DNA from: an uncultured delta proteobacterium
GTDB lineage: Bacteria; Desulfobacterota; Binatia; DP-6
Direction: 5' to 3'
DNA length: 64,000 bases
Assembly (NCBI GenBank): GCA_963815115.1
Contig: CAWFFN010000009.1
Span: 608,001 to 672,000 of the forward strand
Shown here: one piece after another, positions 27,086 to 39,360 of the stretch
Layout of the letters: the number at the start of each line of letters is the position of its first letter
Numbering within the stretch: the first letter of the stretch is position 1
Notes under the pieces: model-generated
Seen by the model: only the letters and a program-made list of their open reading frames with translations
Database searches by the model: none
Told to the model about the DNA's origin: nothing
Program-made: the position numbers and the translations under genes

Positions 27086-29263
27086 ATGAGCATCGAAACC
27101 AGCTTTCGCATGAGAAATGGCGCGACGTTCGACGGTGGCACTGCCCGCGCCGGCCTCCCGGGCGGCGCGCTGCGTCGCCTTCCCTGCCTTTTCGTCCCTC
27201 TGCTCGCGGTCGTGCTGGTGGGCGCCCGGCCGGTGCATGGAGCCGACCTGTGCGCGGGTGTGGTCTGCGTCTCGTCCGGCGACTGCAGCCTCCCCGGCAC
27301 CTGCGATCCCGCGACCGGCACCTGCATCCCCGGCGCTCCGAAGCCGGCGGGAATCAGGTGCAGCGAGCGGAAGACCTGCACGGTCAATGCCCGCTGCGAC
27401 GGGGCTGGGCAGTGCGTGGGTGATCCGAAGCCGGCGGGTGCGAGGTGCAGCGATCGGAACGGTTGCACCGGCAATGACCGCTGCGACGAGGCGGGCCAGT
27501 GCGTCGGTGAAGCGAAGGCGGCGGGCTCGCGCTGCAACGATGGGAACGCCTGCACGGCCCATGATCGCTGCGACGGCGCAGGCGCCTGCGTGGGAGGCGA
27601 GCCGCGATCCGAGGGCCACCGGTGCTCAACCGATGACCGCTGCGGCGATCAGAAGACCTGCCAGGCCGGCGTCTGCACACCGGCCACGGTGGTGACCTGT
27701 GCCCCTCTCGACGGCTGCCACGTTGCCGCGTGCGACCCGACGACGGGCGGGTGCTTGAACCGCGCCACGACCGACGGGACGCCGTGCGGCGACGGCACCC
27801 CGTCGACGGCACGCGATTTCTGCGTTGCCGGAGCATGTGAGACGTTGCCGCCGCCGCTGAGCTCCCTCACGGTCTCGCCCCTCGCGTTGCGTCCGGCGTT
27901 CTCGCCGTCGATTCACGACTACGCCGTCCTGTGCGACGCCGGCACCAACAGCCTCGCGCTCGGGCTCACCGCGGCGCCGGGAGCGTCCGTCTCCCTGGCC
28001 GCCCCCCTCGCCACCATGGCGGGCGGGTCGACGACGGTGATGGTCTCGCTCCAGGAGGACCAGGCCGCGGTGGTGGAGGCGACGGATGCGAGCGGAGCCG
28101 TCGAGCGCTACTGGGTTCGCTGCCTGCCTCACGACTTCCCCGTCCTCGCTGCCACGCCGCACCCCGAGGCGGGGACCCCGACCCCCGGCTGGTACCTGAT
28201 GGGCAACGCCTTCGTCGCCATCGGATCCGGGAGCTTCGCCATGGTCGTCGACGCGCAGGGCACGCCGGTGTGGTACCACCGCTCGCCGGGAGGCGCCGTC
28301 GCGGTCGAGCCCTTCCCCGACTCGACGATCGCGGTCTCCCCGCTGCTGGGGCCGGGCTTCGGCGCCGACCCGAATCGCGGGATCACGCTCTACCACCTCG
28401 ACCCCTGGACGACGGAGCCCGTGCTCGCGGTCGGGATACCCACCGATCTCCACGAGATCCGCTCGCTGCCCAACGGCAACCGGATGGTCCTGTCGTATCC
28501 GCTGAAAGCCGGCGTGGATCTCACCGGGCTGCCGGGCCTCGGACCGAACGAGACCATCGCCGACTGCGCCGTCCAGGAGCTCACGCCCGCGGGCGATCTG
28601 GTGTGGGAGTGGAGGATGACCGATCACACCGATCCGGTGAAGGAGTCGGTAGCTCCCGCCCCGACCCCCTTGGGCGCACTGACGGTCATCGACGTGTACC
28701 ACTGCAACTCGATCGACGTGAACGAGGCGGGCGACGTGCTGGTGTCCGCGCGTGAGACGGACGCCGCGTTCCTGATCTCGCGGGCGACCGGCAAGATCGT
28801 GTGGAAGCTCGGAGGCACGCCCTTCAACGCCGACGGCGCCCAGCTCATCACGATCGCGGACGATCCGGAGACCGCGTTCTTCCGGCAGCACGACGCGCGG
28901 TTCCAGCCGAACGGGAACATCTCGCTGTTCGACGATCACGGCGCGGGCTCCGGCCCGGCCCGGGGCGTCGAGTACGAGCTCGATCTCGACGCGGGCACGG
29001 CCCGGGTGGCGTGGCAGTATCAGGGCGACGCCAGCAGCTTCGCGATGGGAAGCTTCCGCCGCTACGCGGACGGCGGCAGCGTGATCGGGTGGGGTGCCTC
29101 GAACGGCGCGGAGAGCCTCGCGTTCACCGAGGTCGATGCGTCCGGCCGCAACCTCCTCGATCTCTCGTTCGTGACGTATGGCAACTGGGCGTACCGCGCC
29201 GTGAAGGTCCCTCTCGAGACCTTCGACCGCGACGTGCTGCGGAACACGGCCGGGCTGCCCTGA
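27086..29263 (+). CDS. Secreted aryl-sulfotransferase (ASST)-like protein with Cys-rich repeats and cadherin-like domain
   Basis: TDLHE, DVYHCNSID, IVWKLGG, RQHDARF, SLFDDH; LSSLTVS..LRPAFSP..HDY. Confidence 0.78.
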   Translation: MSIETSFRMRNGATFDGGTARAGLPGGALRRLPCLFVPLLAVVLVGARPVHGADLCAGVVCVSSGDCSLPGTCDPATGTCIPGAPKPAGIRCSERKTCTVNARCDGAGQCVGDPKPAGARCSDRNGCTGNDRCDEAGQCVGEAKAAGSRCNDGNACTAHDRCDGAGACVGGEPRSEGHRCSTDDRCGDQKTCQAGVCTPATVVTCAPLDGCHVAACDPTTGGCLNRATTDGTPCGDGTPSTARDFCVAGACETLPPPLSSLTVSPLALRPAFSPSIHDYAVLCDAGTNSLALGLTAAPGASVSLAAPLATMAGGSTTVMVSLQEDQAAVVEATDASGAVERYWVRCLPHDFPVLAATPHPEAGTPTPGWYLMGNAFVAIGSGSFAMVVDAQGTPVWYHRSPGGAVAVEPFPDSTIAVSPLLGPGFGADPNRGITLYHLDPWTTEPVLAVGIPTDLHEIRSLPNGNRMVLSYPLKAGVDLTGLPGLGPNETIADCAVQELTPAGDLVWEWRMTDHTDPVKESVAPAPTPLGALTVIDVYHCNSIDVNEAGDVLVSARETDAAFLISRATGKIVWKLGGTPFNADGAQLITIADDPETAFFRQHDARFQPNGNISLFDDHGAGSGPARGVEYELDLDAGTARVAWQYQGDASSFAMGSFRRYADGGSVIGWGASNGAESLAFTEVDASGRNLLDLSFVTYGNWAYRAVKVPLETFDRDVLRNTAGLP
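27341..27601 (+). repeat. 87-bp (29-aa) Cys-rich tandem repeats, three copies
   Basis: KxAGxRCxxxxxCTxxxRCDxAGxCVG units starting at 27341, 27428, 27515. Confidence 0.85.
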
Positions 29264-29307
29264 GATCGTCCTGACGCCCTGAGACGCGAGCGGCCGCCCG
29301 GCCGCGG

Positions 29308-30768
29308 TCAGAACCAGGGCCGCCCCTTGGCGAGATCGCTCGACGACGGCAGCTCGCCGGCACTCCATCCGCCTCCGAGCGCGGCCACCAGCTGTACGCT
29401 GGCCGCCATCCGGCGGCCCTGGATGTTCACGGCCTGCTGCTCGTCGGTGAGCGCCGCGGCGTTCACCACGACGACGTTCAGGTAGCTCACGATGCCGCCC
29501 TCGTACTGGTTGGTCGTGAGCCGGACCGAATCCCGGGCCGCCTTGACCGCGCGGTCCTGCACTTCCGCTTCCTCCTCGAGGATGCGGAGCGCGGCCAGCT
29601 GATCCTCCACCTGCTGGAAGGCGGTGAGCACGGTCTGGCGGTAGGTGTCCACGGTCTCGTCGTAGAACGCGCGCGCCTGCTCGGTCTGCGCGGAGCGCCG
29701 GCCCGCGTCGTAGATGGTCTCGGAGACCGAAGGCCCGACCGACCAGAAGCGGCTCGGCCACATCAGCCACTTGGCGACGTCTCCGGATTCGAAGCCGCCC
29801 GAGCCGCTGATCGTGACCGTGGGGTACCAGGCGGACTTGGCGACGCCGATCTGGGCGTTGGCCGAGGCCATGTTGCGCTCGGCGGTGGCGACGTCGGGTC
29901 TGCGCTCGAGGAGATCGGACGGCACGCCGGCGGGGACCGGCGGCGGGCTGGCCGCCAGGTCGGCCGGCGGCAGCGAGAAGTCGGCGGGCGGCTTCCCGAT
30001 GAGCACGGCGATGGCGTGCTCGAGCGCCGCGCGCTGCACCCCGACGTCCACTGCCTGGGCCCGCGTGCCCTCGAGCTGGGTGAGCGCCTGTGCGACGTCG
30101 GCCCCGGACGCGATGCCGTTCTCGTGGCGGTTCTGCGTCAGCTGGACCGAGCGCTCGAAGGTCTTCGCCGTGTCCTCGAGGAGCTGCTTCTCGGCGTCGA
30201 GCGCGCGCAGCTGGAAGTAGTCCACCGCCAGCTCGGTCTGGAGGCTCAGCTGCGTGTTCGCCAGGTCGGCCGCGCTCGCCTGCGCGCCCGCCTCGTTCGA
30301 CTCCACCTGGCGGCGGATCTTGCCCCACAGATCGAGCTCCCACGAGATGCTGCCCGGGAGCGTGTAGTCCGAGGAGACGCTTCCCACGCCGAAGCCCTGT
30401 CCGCCGCGCAGCGTGCTCGACACGCGGGAGCGGGCGAACGACACGCCCACGACGGCCGTCGGGTACCAGTTGCTGCGCGCCTGCCAGACCAGGGTCCGGG
30501 CCTGCCGGAAGCGCGCTTCGGCCGCGGCGAGGTTCTGGTTGGCCCCCGGGACCTGCTCGACCAGGCCGCTCAGGACCGGATCGTCGTACAGCTCCCACCA
30601 CGCGCTGCGGAGCACGTCGTCGCGCGGCACCGCGGTCCGCCACCCCTCGACCTCCTTGAAGCCCTCGGACGTCGGCGCTTCGGGCCGCACGTAGTTCGGG
30701 CCGACGCTGCACCCGCCAGCGAGGAGCGTCACGGCCGTCAGCAGAGAGAGGACGAGAGATCGGTTCAC
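29308..30768 (-). CDS. NodT/OprM-family efflux outer membrane lipoprotein
   Basis: LAGGCSVGPNY lipobox, SWELDLWGKIRR, LLERRPDVATAER, ALGGGW. Confidence 0.92.
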   Translation of the reverse strand: MNRSLVLSLLTAVTLLAGGCSVGPNYVRPEAPTSEGFKEVEGWRTAVPRDDVLRSAWWELYDDPVLSGLVEQVPGANQNLAAAEARFRQARTLVWQARSNWYPTAVVGVSFARSRVSSTLRGGQGFGVGSVSSDYTLPGSISWELDLWGKIRRQVESNEAGAQASAADLANTQLSLQTELAVDYFQLRALDAEKQLLEDTAKTFERSVQLTQNRHENGIASGADVAQALTQLEGTRAQAVDVGVQRAALEHAIAVLIGKPPADFSLPPADLAASPPPVPAGVPSDLLERRPDVATAERNMASANAQIGVAKSAWYPTVTISGSGGFESGDVAKWLMWPSRFWSVGPSVSETIYDAGRRSAQTEQARAFYDETVDTYRQTVLTAFQQVEDQLAALRILEEEAEVQDRAVKAARDSVRLTTNQYEGGIVSYLNVVVVNAAALTDEQQAVNIQGRRMAASVQLVAALGGGWSAGELPSSSDLAKGRPWF

Positions 30769-33700
30769 GGGATTCGCGCCTCCGTGGGAGCAGGGGCCCC
30801 GGGCCTGGGAGTACCCGTCAGCCGGCGCCGCACGTTGCCGCGCGCTTGCACCGTCCAGGCCCGCAGGCGGTCGAGGTAGAGATAGACGACGGGCGTGGTG
30901 AAGAGCGTGAGGGCCTGGCTGACGATGAGCCCGCCCACGATCGCGATGCCGAGCGGCCGGCGCAGCTCCGCGCCCACGCCCCGGCTGAGCGCCAGGGGCA
31001 GCGCGCCGAACATCGCCGCCAGCGTGGTCATCATGATCGGCCGGAAGCGGAGCAGGCAGGCCTCGTAGATCGCTTCCTTCGGGCCGATGTTCCGGCTGCG
31101 CTCCGCCTCGAGGGCGAAGTCGATCATCATGATCGCGTTCTTCTTGACGATGCCGATCAGCAGGATGATGCCGATCAGGCCCATCACGTTCAGCTCGATG
31201 CCGGTCAGGAGGAGCGCCAGCAGCGCGCCGACGCCGGCCGACGGCAGGGTGGAGAGGATGGTGATGGGGTGGATGTAGCTCTCGTAGAGGACGCCGAGCA
31301 CGAGGTAGACGGTGAGGAGCGCGGCCAGGATGAGGACGGGCTCGCTGCTGAGCGACGCCTGGAAGGCCTGTGCGGCGCCCTGGAAGCTGCCGTGGACGCT
31401 CTGTGGCAAGCCCAGGTCGCGCATGGCGGCGTCGATCGCGGTCACCGCGTCGCCCAGCGCCACGCCTGGCGCGAGGTTGAACGACAGGGTCACCGCCGGG
31501 AACTGGCCCTGATGGTTCACCGCCAGGTTCGTCGGGCGGGGCTCGAAGTGGGTGAAGGCGCTGAGCGGGACCTGCGTGCCGTCGGCCGAGCGTACGTACA
31601 GGTCGCGCAGGATATCCGGGTTCTGCCAGTAGCGCGGCGCCACCTCCATCACGACGTGGTACTGGTTGAGCGACGTGTACGTGATCGACACCTGACGCTG
31701 GCCGAAGGCGTCGTACAGCGTGTCGTCGAGCAGCTTCGCCGAGATGCCGAGGCGCGACGCCGTGTCCCGGTCGACCACCAGCGACGCCTCGAGCCCGCGG
31801 TCCTGCTGATCGGTGCTCACGTCGACCAGCTCCGGCATGCTGCGGAACTTGGCGAGGACCTTGTTGCCCGCCGCCGCCAGCTCCTCCACGCTTCCGGCCT
31901 GCAGCGTGTACTGGTACTGCGCGTTGCCCGGGCGTCCGCCGATGCGCAGGTCCTGCACCGCCTGAAGGAAGGTGGGCGCGCCGGGGATGCTGGCCAGCGG
32001 ACCGCGCAGCCGGGCGAGCACCTCGTCGGCCGTGAGGGTCCGCGTGCTCGGCGAGCTGAGGGTGGCGTAGATGCGGCCCGTGTTGATGGCGCTCCCGCCT
32101 CCGCCACCGCCGCCGGTGAAGCCGAGCACGCTCTCCACGTCCGGATCGCTTGGCGATCGTGCTCACCACCTCGCGCAGCTTCTCCGACATGGCGGTGAAC
32201 GAGATGTCCTGCGCGGCCTGGATGCCGCCCGCGAGCCGGCCGGTGTCCTGCTGCGGGAAGAACCCCTTCGGCACCACCATGAACAGCTTCACGCTGAGCG
32301 CCACGGTGAGGAGCATGACGATCAGCATCAGCAGCGGATGGCGCAGCACCCAGCCCAGAGCCGTGGCGGTAGCCATTCGCCATGCCGTCGAGCGGCGCTC
32401 GCGGAGACTGCGTCCGGGGACGGTGCCGGAGCCCGTTCCTCCGCGGCTCGTGTCGCAGCAGCGACCCGCACATCATCGGCGTCGTGGTGAGCGACACCAC
32501 GAGCGAGATGACGACGGCGGCGGTGAGGACGGCGGCGAACTCGCGGAACAGGCGGCCGATGATGCCGCCCATCAGCAGGATGGGCAGGAAGACCGCGACC
32601 AGCGAGACGCTGATCGACAGCACGGTGAAGCCGATCTCGCGGGCGCCCTGCAGCGCAGCCTCGCGCGGCTTCATGCCCGCCTCCACGTGCCGCATGATGT
32701 TCTCGAGCACGACGATGGCGTCGTCCACCACGAAGCCGGTGGAGATCGTGAGGGCGGTGAGCGACAGGTTGTCGAGGCTGTAGCCGAACAGCCACATGAC
32801 GCCGAAGGTGCCGATGAGCGACACCGGCACGGCCACCGTGGGGATGAGCGCGGCGCGCGGGCTACGCAGGAAGGCGAAGACGACCAGCGTGACCAGGATC
32901 ACGGAGATGATCAGCGACCTCTCCACGTCGTGCAGCGAGGCGCGGATGGTGGGGGTCCGGTCGAGAGCCACCGACGTCTTGATCGCGGCCGGCAGCGACG
33001 CCTCGAGCTGCGGAAGCGCCGCGCGCACGCGATCCACGGTGGCGATGACGTTCGCACCCGGACTGCGGAAGATCACCACGAGGATCGCCGGCTGGCCGTT
33101 CGAGATGCCGCCCGCCCGCACGTCCTCGACGGAGTCCACCACGTCGGCCACCTCGGAGAGCTGGAGCGGCGCGCCGTTCTCCCAGGCGACGACGATGGGC
33201 CGGTACTGCATCGGCGGTGCGCAGCTGCCCGTTGGTGTCGATCTGGCGGGTCACGTCGCCGTCGACGAGCCGGCCGGTCGGACGCCGCACATTGGTAGCC
33301 GCGAGGGTCTGGCGCACGTCTTCCAGCCCGACGTTGTGACGGCTGAGGGCCTGCGGGTTGAGCTCCACCCGGACGGCCGGGAGCGAGCTGCCGCCCACGA
33401 ACACCTGGCCGACTCCCTCCACGCGGGACAGGCGCTGCTGCATGATGCTCGAAGCGGCATCGTACATCTGCCCGGTGCGCATCGTGTCGGAGGTGAGGGC
33501 GAGGATGAAGATGGGCGCGTCGGCGGGATTCACCTTCCGATACGTCGGGTTGATCGGCAGCGATGGCGGCAGGTAGGTCCGGGCGGCGCTGATAGCGGCC
33601 TGCACGTCTCGCGCCGCGCCGTCGATGTTCCGGTCGAGGTCGAACTGAAGCACGATCCCCGTCGTTCCGAGACTGCTCGTGGACGTCATGTCGGTAATGC

Positions 33701-33926
33701 CAGCGATGCGGCCGAACTGGCGCTCGAGCGGAGCCGCCACCGAGCTGGCCATGGTCTCGGGGCTCGCCCCGGGCAGCGAGGCGGAGACCTGGATGGTGGG
33801 GAAGTCCACCTGGGGCAGCGGCGCGACCGGCAGGAACTGGAACCCGAGCGCACCCGCGACGGCGAGCCCGATGGTGAGCAACGTCGTCGCGACGGGCCGG
33901 GTGATGAACGGTGCCGAGATGTTCAT
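30765..33926 (-). CDS. mdtC: RND efflux permease MdtC-like (frameshifted)
   Basis: [56 protein letters not shown] across several frames. Confidence 0.85.
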
Positions 33927-36900
33927 GACGGCGAGGCGCCGGGCTCGGGGATCACCTTGTCGGCGACTCCGCGCATCCGCTTCGCCAGGCGATCGAAGGC
34001 CAGGTAGATGACCGGCGTGGTGTAGAGGGTGAGGGCCTGGCTGACGATCAGGCCGCCCACGATCGCGATGCCGAGCGGCCGGCGCAGCTCGGCGCCCACG
34101 CCGTGGCTGAGCGCCAGGGGCAGCGCACCGAGCAGCGCCGCCATGGTCGTCATCATGATGGGCCGGAAGCGCAGCAGGCTGGCCTCGTAGATCGCGTCGG
34201 GCGGCGCGGCGCCCTTGCCGCGCTCCGCCTCGAGGGCGAAGTCGATCATCATGATGGCGTTCTTCTTGACGATGCCGATCAGCAGGATGATGCCGATCAG
34301 CGCCATGACGTTCAGCTCCGAGCCGAACAGCAGCAGCGCGAGCAGCGCGCCGACGCCGGCGGACGGCAGCGTGGACAGGATGGTGACGGGATGGATGTAG
34401 CTCTCGTAGAGCACGCCCAGGACGAGATACACGGTGACCAGCGCGGCCAGGATGAGCAGCGGCTCGTTGGCGAGCGACGCCTGGAACGCCTGCGCCGTGC
34501 CCTGGAAGCTGCCGTGGATCGACGGCGGCATGCCGAGCGCCGCGGTCGCCTCCTGCACCGCGTCGACCGCTGCGCCCAGCGACACGCCGGGCGCGAGGTT
34601 GAACGACAGCGTCACCACCGGGAATTGTCCCTGATGGCCGATCGAGAGCGGCGCGGTCGTATCCGTCACCTTCGTCACCGTGCGCAGCGGCACCGATCCG
34701 CCGTCCGGTCCCTCGAGGTAGATGTCGTCGAGGCCCGCCGGCCCCTGCCGCAGCTCCGGCGTCACCTCGAGCACGACGCGGTACTGGTTCAGCTGCGTGA
34801 ACATGGTGGAGATCTGGCGCTGGCCGAAGGCGTCGTAGAGCGTGTCGACCACCATCTGGGGCGTGATGCCGAGGCGCGAGGCCGTGGCCCGGTCGATCGT
34901 GACCATGGCCTGGAGGCCGGCGTCCTGCTGGTCGGTCCCGACGTCGCGCAGCTCGGGCCGCTCCCGCAGCGCCTCGCACGACGCGCGGCGCCCAGCGGCG
35001 CAGCTCGGCGGGATCGGCGTCCTCCAGGCTGTACTGGTACTGCGTGCGGCTGACGCGGTCCTCGACCGTCAGGTCCTGGACCGGCTGCATGAAGAGCGTG
35101 ATGCCGTCCACCTTCGCCAGCTCCGGCTGCAGGCGCCGGATCACGTCGCTCGCGGAGATCCCGCGCTTGGCGAGCGGCTTCAGCGTCACCTGGATGCGGC
35201 CGCTGTTGAGCGTCGTGTTCGTGCCGTCGATGCCGATGAACGACGAGACGTTGTCGACGGCGGGATCGCGCAGGATCACCTCCGCCAGCGCCTGCTGCCG
35301 CTCGGCCATGGCCGAGAAGGACACCGACTGGGGCGCCTCCGAGATGCCGAGGATGACGCCGGTGTCCTGGATCGGGAAGAAGCCCTTGGGCACGACGAGG
35401 TAGAGCACGATGGTGAGGGCCAGCACCGCCGACCGCGACCAGCAGCGTGGCGCGCTGGCGCTCGAGCACCCAGCGCAGCGTGCGTGCCGTACCCCTCGAT
35501 GAGGCGCTCGAAGAAGCGCTCGGAGGCCCTGTAGAAGCGTCCCTGCTGCTCGGCCGGCTTGTGGCGCAGCAGGCGGGCGCACATCATGGGAGTCAGCGTG
35601 AGCGACACGACCGCCGAGATCAGGATGGTGACGCCGAGCGTGATCGCGAACTCGCGGAACAGCCGGCCCACGACGTCGCCCATGAAGAGCAGCGGGATCA
35701 GCACGGCGACCAGCGAGACGGTGAGCGAGAGGATGGTGAAGCCGATCTCCTCGGCGCCCTTCAGCGCCGCCTCGAGCGGAGGATCGCCCTTCTCGACGTA
35801 GCGGGCGATGTTCTCGATCATCACGATGGCGTCGTCCACCACGAAGCCGGTGGAGATGGTGAGCGCCATCAGCGAGAGGTTGTTCAGGCTGAAGCCCAGC
35901 AGGTACATGACGGCGAAGGTGCCGATGAGCGAGAGCGGCACCGCCACCGCCGGGATGACCGTGCCGGCGAGGCTGCGCAGGAAGAGGAAGATCACCAGCA
36001 CGACCAGCACGACCGCCAGCATCATCTCCCACTGCACGTCCTCCACCGAGGCGCGGATGGTGGCGGTGCGGTCGGTCAGGATGGTCATGTGCACCGACGG
36101 CGGAAGCGTGGCTTCGAGCTGGGGCAGGAGCTGGCGCACGCGGTCGACGACGGCGATGACGTTGGCGCCCGGCTGACGCTGGATGTTGACGATCACCGCG
36201 GGCGTTTGGTTCATCCATGCGGCCTGCTCGACGTTCTCCGCGTCGTCCACGACCTCGGCCACGTCGGACAGGCGCACGGGAGCGCCGTTGCGGTGCGCCA
36301 CGATCAGCGGCTTGTACTCGGCGCTCGTCAGGAGCTGGTCGTTGGCCGCGATGGTGTAGGACTGATCGGGGCCGTCGAAGGCGCCCTTGGCCTGGTTCAC
36401 GTTGGCCGCCGCGATCACCGCCCGCAGGTCCTCCAGCGTGATGCCGTACGCCGCCAGTGCCGTCGGGTTGGCGCGGACCCGGACCGCGGGCCGCTGCCCG
36501 CCGCCGATGCTCACCAGCCCGACGCCGGACAGCTCCGCGATCTTCTGCACCAGCCGCGTCTCGGCCAGGTCCTCGACCTGCGGCAGGGGCAGCGAATCGG
36601 AGGTCAGCGCCAGCGTCAGGATGGGCGCGTCCGCCGGGTTGACCTTGCTGTAGACGGGCGGGATCGGGAGGTCCTTCGGCAGGAAGCTGGTGGCGGCGTT
36701 GATCGCCGCCTGGACCTCCTGCTCGGCGACGTCGAGGCTCAGGTCGAGCGCGAAGCGGAGCGTGATCAGCGAGCTGCCGGCGGAGCTGGTGGAGGTCATC
36801 TGGGCGAGCCCGGGCATCTGCCCGAGCTGGCGCTCCAGCGGCGCCGTCACGGTGGACGCCATCACGTCCGGATTGGCGCCCGGGAAAGAAGGTGGCGACC

Positions 36901-37037
36901 TGGATGGTGGGGTAGTCCACCTGCGGCAGCGCCGACACCGGCAGCTTCCGGTATCCGAGCGCGCCGACCAGCAGGATGGCCACCATGAGCAGGCTGGTGG
37001 CGACCGGCCGGAGGATGAACGGCCGGGACAGGCTCAC
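33923..37037 (-). CDS. mdtB: RND efflux permease MdtB-like (frameshifted)
   Basis: [51 protein letters not shown]. Confidence 0.85.
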
Positions 37038-38230
37038 GAATGGCCCTGCTCCGCTGCCGCCCGACCCTGTGCCCGCGGCGTCACCGTCATGCCGTCGCGC
37101 AGCGCGTCCGCTCCGTCGGTCACCACGATGTCGCCGGGCGCGAGTCCCTCGTCGATGGAGGTGTCGTTGCCCTCGGTGACGCCGATACGTACCGGGCGCG
37201 CCTGCACGGTCTGCTCGGGGGTCACCACGTAGACGAACGCGCCCTGCGTCCCGCGCCGCACCGCGACGCCCGGCACCAGCGTGACGCCGCGGCGGACGTC
37301 GAGGAGCAAGCGCGCATTGACGAACTGGTTCGGAAAGAGGGCGAAGTCGTCGTTCGGGAACTGCGCCTTCACCTTGACCGTGCCGGTGGTGGGATCGATG
37401 GAGTTGTCGACGGTGAGCACCGCTCCGGTCGCGATGCGGCGCGATCCCGCGCGGTCGTAGGCCTCCACCTCGGGCGGATCGCCGTTCCGCATCCGCGGCA
37501 TCAAGGCATCGGCAGGTCGTCCTCGGGCACCGCGAAGACCACGGCGATCGGCCGGATCTGCGTGATCGTCACCAGGCCGCCGGGGTCGGTCGCGTGCACC
37601 ATGTTGCCGGCATCGACCAGGCGCAGCCCGAGCCGGCCGCTGACGGGCGCGGTGATGCGGGAGTAGGTGAGCTGGAGCTTCGCCGCGTCGACCTGGCCCT
37701 TGTCGGTCTCGATGGACGCCTTGTATTGCCGGACCAGCGCTTCCTGGGTGTCGAGCTGCTGCTTCGGGATGGAGTCCTGCGCCCACAGCTTGCGGTAGCG
37801 CTCCAGGTCCACCAGGCCGTTGGCGAGCAGGGCCTGGTCCTTGGCGAGCTGCCCCTGGGCCTGCTGCAGCTGCACCTGGAACGGGCGCGGATCGATCTCG
37901 GCCAGGAGATCGCCCGCGTGGACCATCTGGCCTTCCTGGAAGTGCACCGCCATGAGCTGGCCGTCCACCCGGCTGCGCACGGTGACGGTGGCGAGCGGGG
38001 TCACCGCGCCCAGGCCGTCGATGTAGACCGGGATGTCGCCGGTGCGCGCCGGCTCCGTGACCACGGGAACCGGACGCGCCTTGGCGGCCGGCGGCAGCGC
38101 CGCGTCGCTGGTGGCGCCCTGCCGTGGCCACAGGCGATACGCCACGCCTGCCACCACCACGGCTGCCGACCAGCAGCAGCATCATGCGGGCTCCGGAGCG
38201 CCTGCCGCTCCGGGGTTTCTCGTCCGTCAT
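37034..38230 (-). CDS. mdtA: RND membrane fusion protein MdtA-like (frameshifted)
   Basis: [57 protein letters not shown]. Confidence 0.85.
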   Translation of the reverse strand: MTDEKPRSGRRSGARMMLLLVGSRGGGRRGVSPVATAGRHQRRGAAAGRQGASGSRGHGAGAHRRHPGLHRRPGRGDPARHRHRAQPGGRPAHGGALPGRPDGPRGRSPGRDRSAPVPGAAAAGPGAARQGPGPARQRPGGPGALPQAVGAGLHPEAAARHPGSAGPAIQGVHRDRQGPGRRGEAPAHLLPHHRARQRPARAAPGRCRQHGARDRPRRPGDDHADPADRRGLRGARGRPADALMPRMRNGDPPEVEAYDRAGSRRIATGAVLTVDNSIDPTTGTVKVKAQFPNDDFALFPNQFVNARLLLDVRRGVTLVPGVAVRRGTQGAFVYVVTPEQTVQARPVRIGVTEGNDTSIDEGLAPGDIVVTDGADALRDGMTVTPRAQGRAAAEQGHS

Positions 38231-38875
38231 CAGGAACCGTCCTTGCCATTGCGCAGCGAGCCCGTGCATGGCCGCGAGCGAGAAGCGAGTGACGTGATCC
38301 GCGAGCTGCTGGACCTCGCGGGCCGGCACCAGCTCGGGATAGAGGCGGCTCACCACGGCCGCGCTGTTACGGTAGAAGACGCATTGCGAGATGACGCTCA
38401 GCGTGCAGAGCCGGACCGCCTCGGCAGAGGCCTCCGGCCCGAGCAGCGCGCGGATGATGTCCGCGAGCTGGTCGTGGTTGGCGCGCATGCGCCGCCGCAC
38501 GAAGCGGTCGAGCGCGGGTGTGGGGTCGATCAGCTCGCGGGCCAGGAGGCGCGCCATCCAGGTCGGCCTGCGGGAGTCGAGCAGTCGCGAGAGGAACGAT
38601 GCGACGTGGGCGCGCAGGCGCTCCTCGGGGCCGGCGTCGTCCTGCGACGTCCGGGGGCGGTGCGCTCGGGGGCGTTGCGCTCGGCGTACTCGAAGACGGC
38701 GGCATACAGCCCCTCCTTGTCGCCGAAATGATAGTGCGCGGCCGCGATGTTGGCCCCTGCGCAGCTTGCAGATGCGCTGGATGGTCGCCTTGCGGAAGCC
38801 CTCCTCGGCGAAGACCTCGACGGCCGCCTCGAGCAGGCGGGCCCTGGTGTCGGCGGAACGCGCGGCTTGTCCCAT
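38227..38875 (-). CDS. TetR-family regulator (CecR/DUF1956-like), frameshifted
   Basis: TRARLLEAAVEVFAEEGFRKATIQRIC, HYHFGDK, SVISQCVFY; boundaries approximate. Confidence 0.8.
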
Positions 38876-38877
38876 CG

Positions 38878-38906
38878 TGAAATGAGACTTTGAAATGGTC
38901 ATTTGA
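38878..38906. promoter_or_regulatory. Tandem TetR-type operators
   Basis: TGAAATG-GT-CATTTGA (38891-38906) overlapping TGAAATG-AG-ACTTTGA (38878-38893); AT-rich patch before the regulator. Confidence 0.65.
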
Positions 38907-38973
38907 TTCAGTCAAGTGCCGGGAGGGCCCGGCGCGTCGGACGGTCGTCATGTGGCCGGGCGACGGTGCGCTG

Positions 38974-39360
38974 CTACGCGAGCTCGAGGTCTGTCCGGGC
39001 GAAACCTCTCCCGGTGCAGAGGAGGGGCTCCTGCGCCAGCTTCGCGGTCGCGTAGGTCAGGCAATCGCCGAAGTTCAATGCTGCTCCGTGGCGACCCTTG
39101 CCGAAGCGCCGGTAGGCATCGACGGCCGCGCGCCAGTGCCCCTCTCCGAACGGCACCACCACGATCCCCAGCTCGGTCACGAACTGGGCCAGCAGGGCCC
39201 GCGCGTGCGCTCCGATGCGCGCCGTGAGCACGATGCCGGTCTCGACCAACGTCGGGGTGCCGACGGCGACCGCCGTTGCCGCGCCCAGCTTCCCGACGAT
39301 CGTGTCGGCTCCGGGTTCCTTCAGGAACACCGCGACGATGGCGGACGTGTCGAGGATCAC
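38974..39360 (-). CDS. vapC: VapC PIN toxin
   Basis: ILDTSAIVA, FGKGRHGAALNFGDCLTYA. Confidence 0.92.
   Translation of the reverse strand: MILDTSAIVAVFLKEPGADTIVGKLGAATAVAVGTPTLVETGIVLTARIGAHARALLAQFVTELGIVVVPFGEGHWRAAVDAYRRFGKGRHGAALNFGDCLTYATAKLAQEPLLCTGRGFARTDLELA

Noticed and set aside
30765-38902. Decayed mdtABC operon, and TetR-MdtA or MdtC-NodT fusion ORFs
   Set aside because: Same indel pattern; the long ORFs are chimeras of real and shadow frames.
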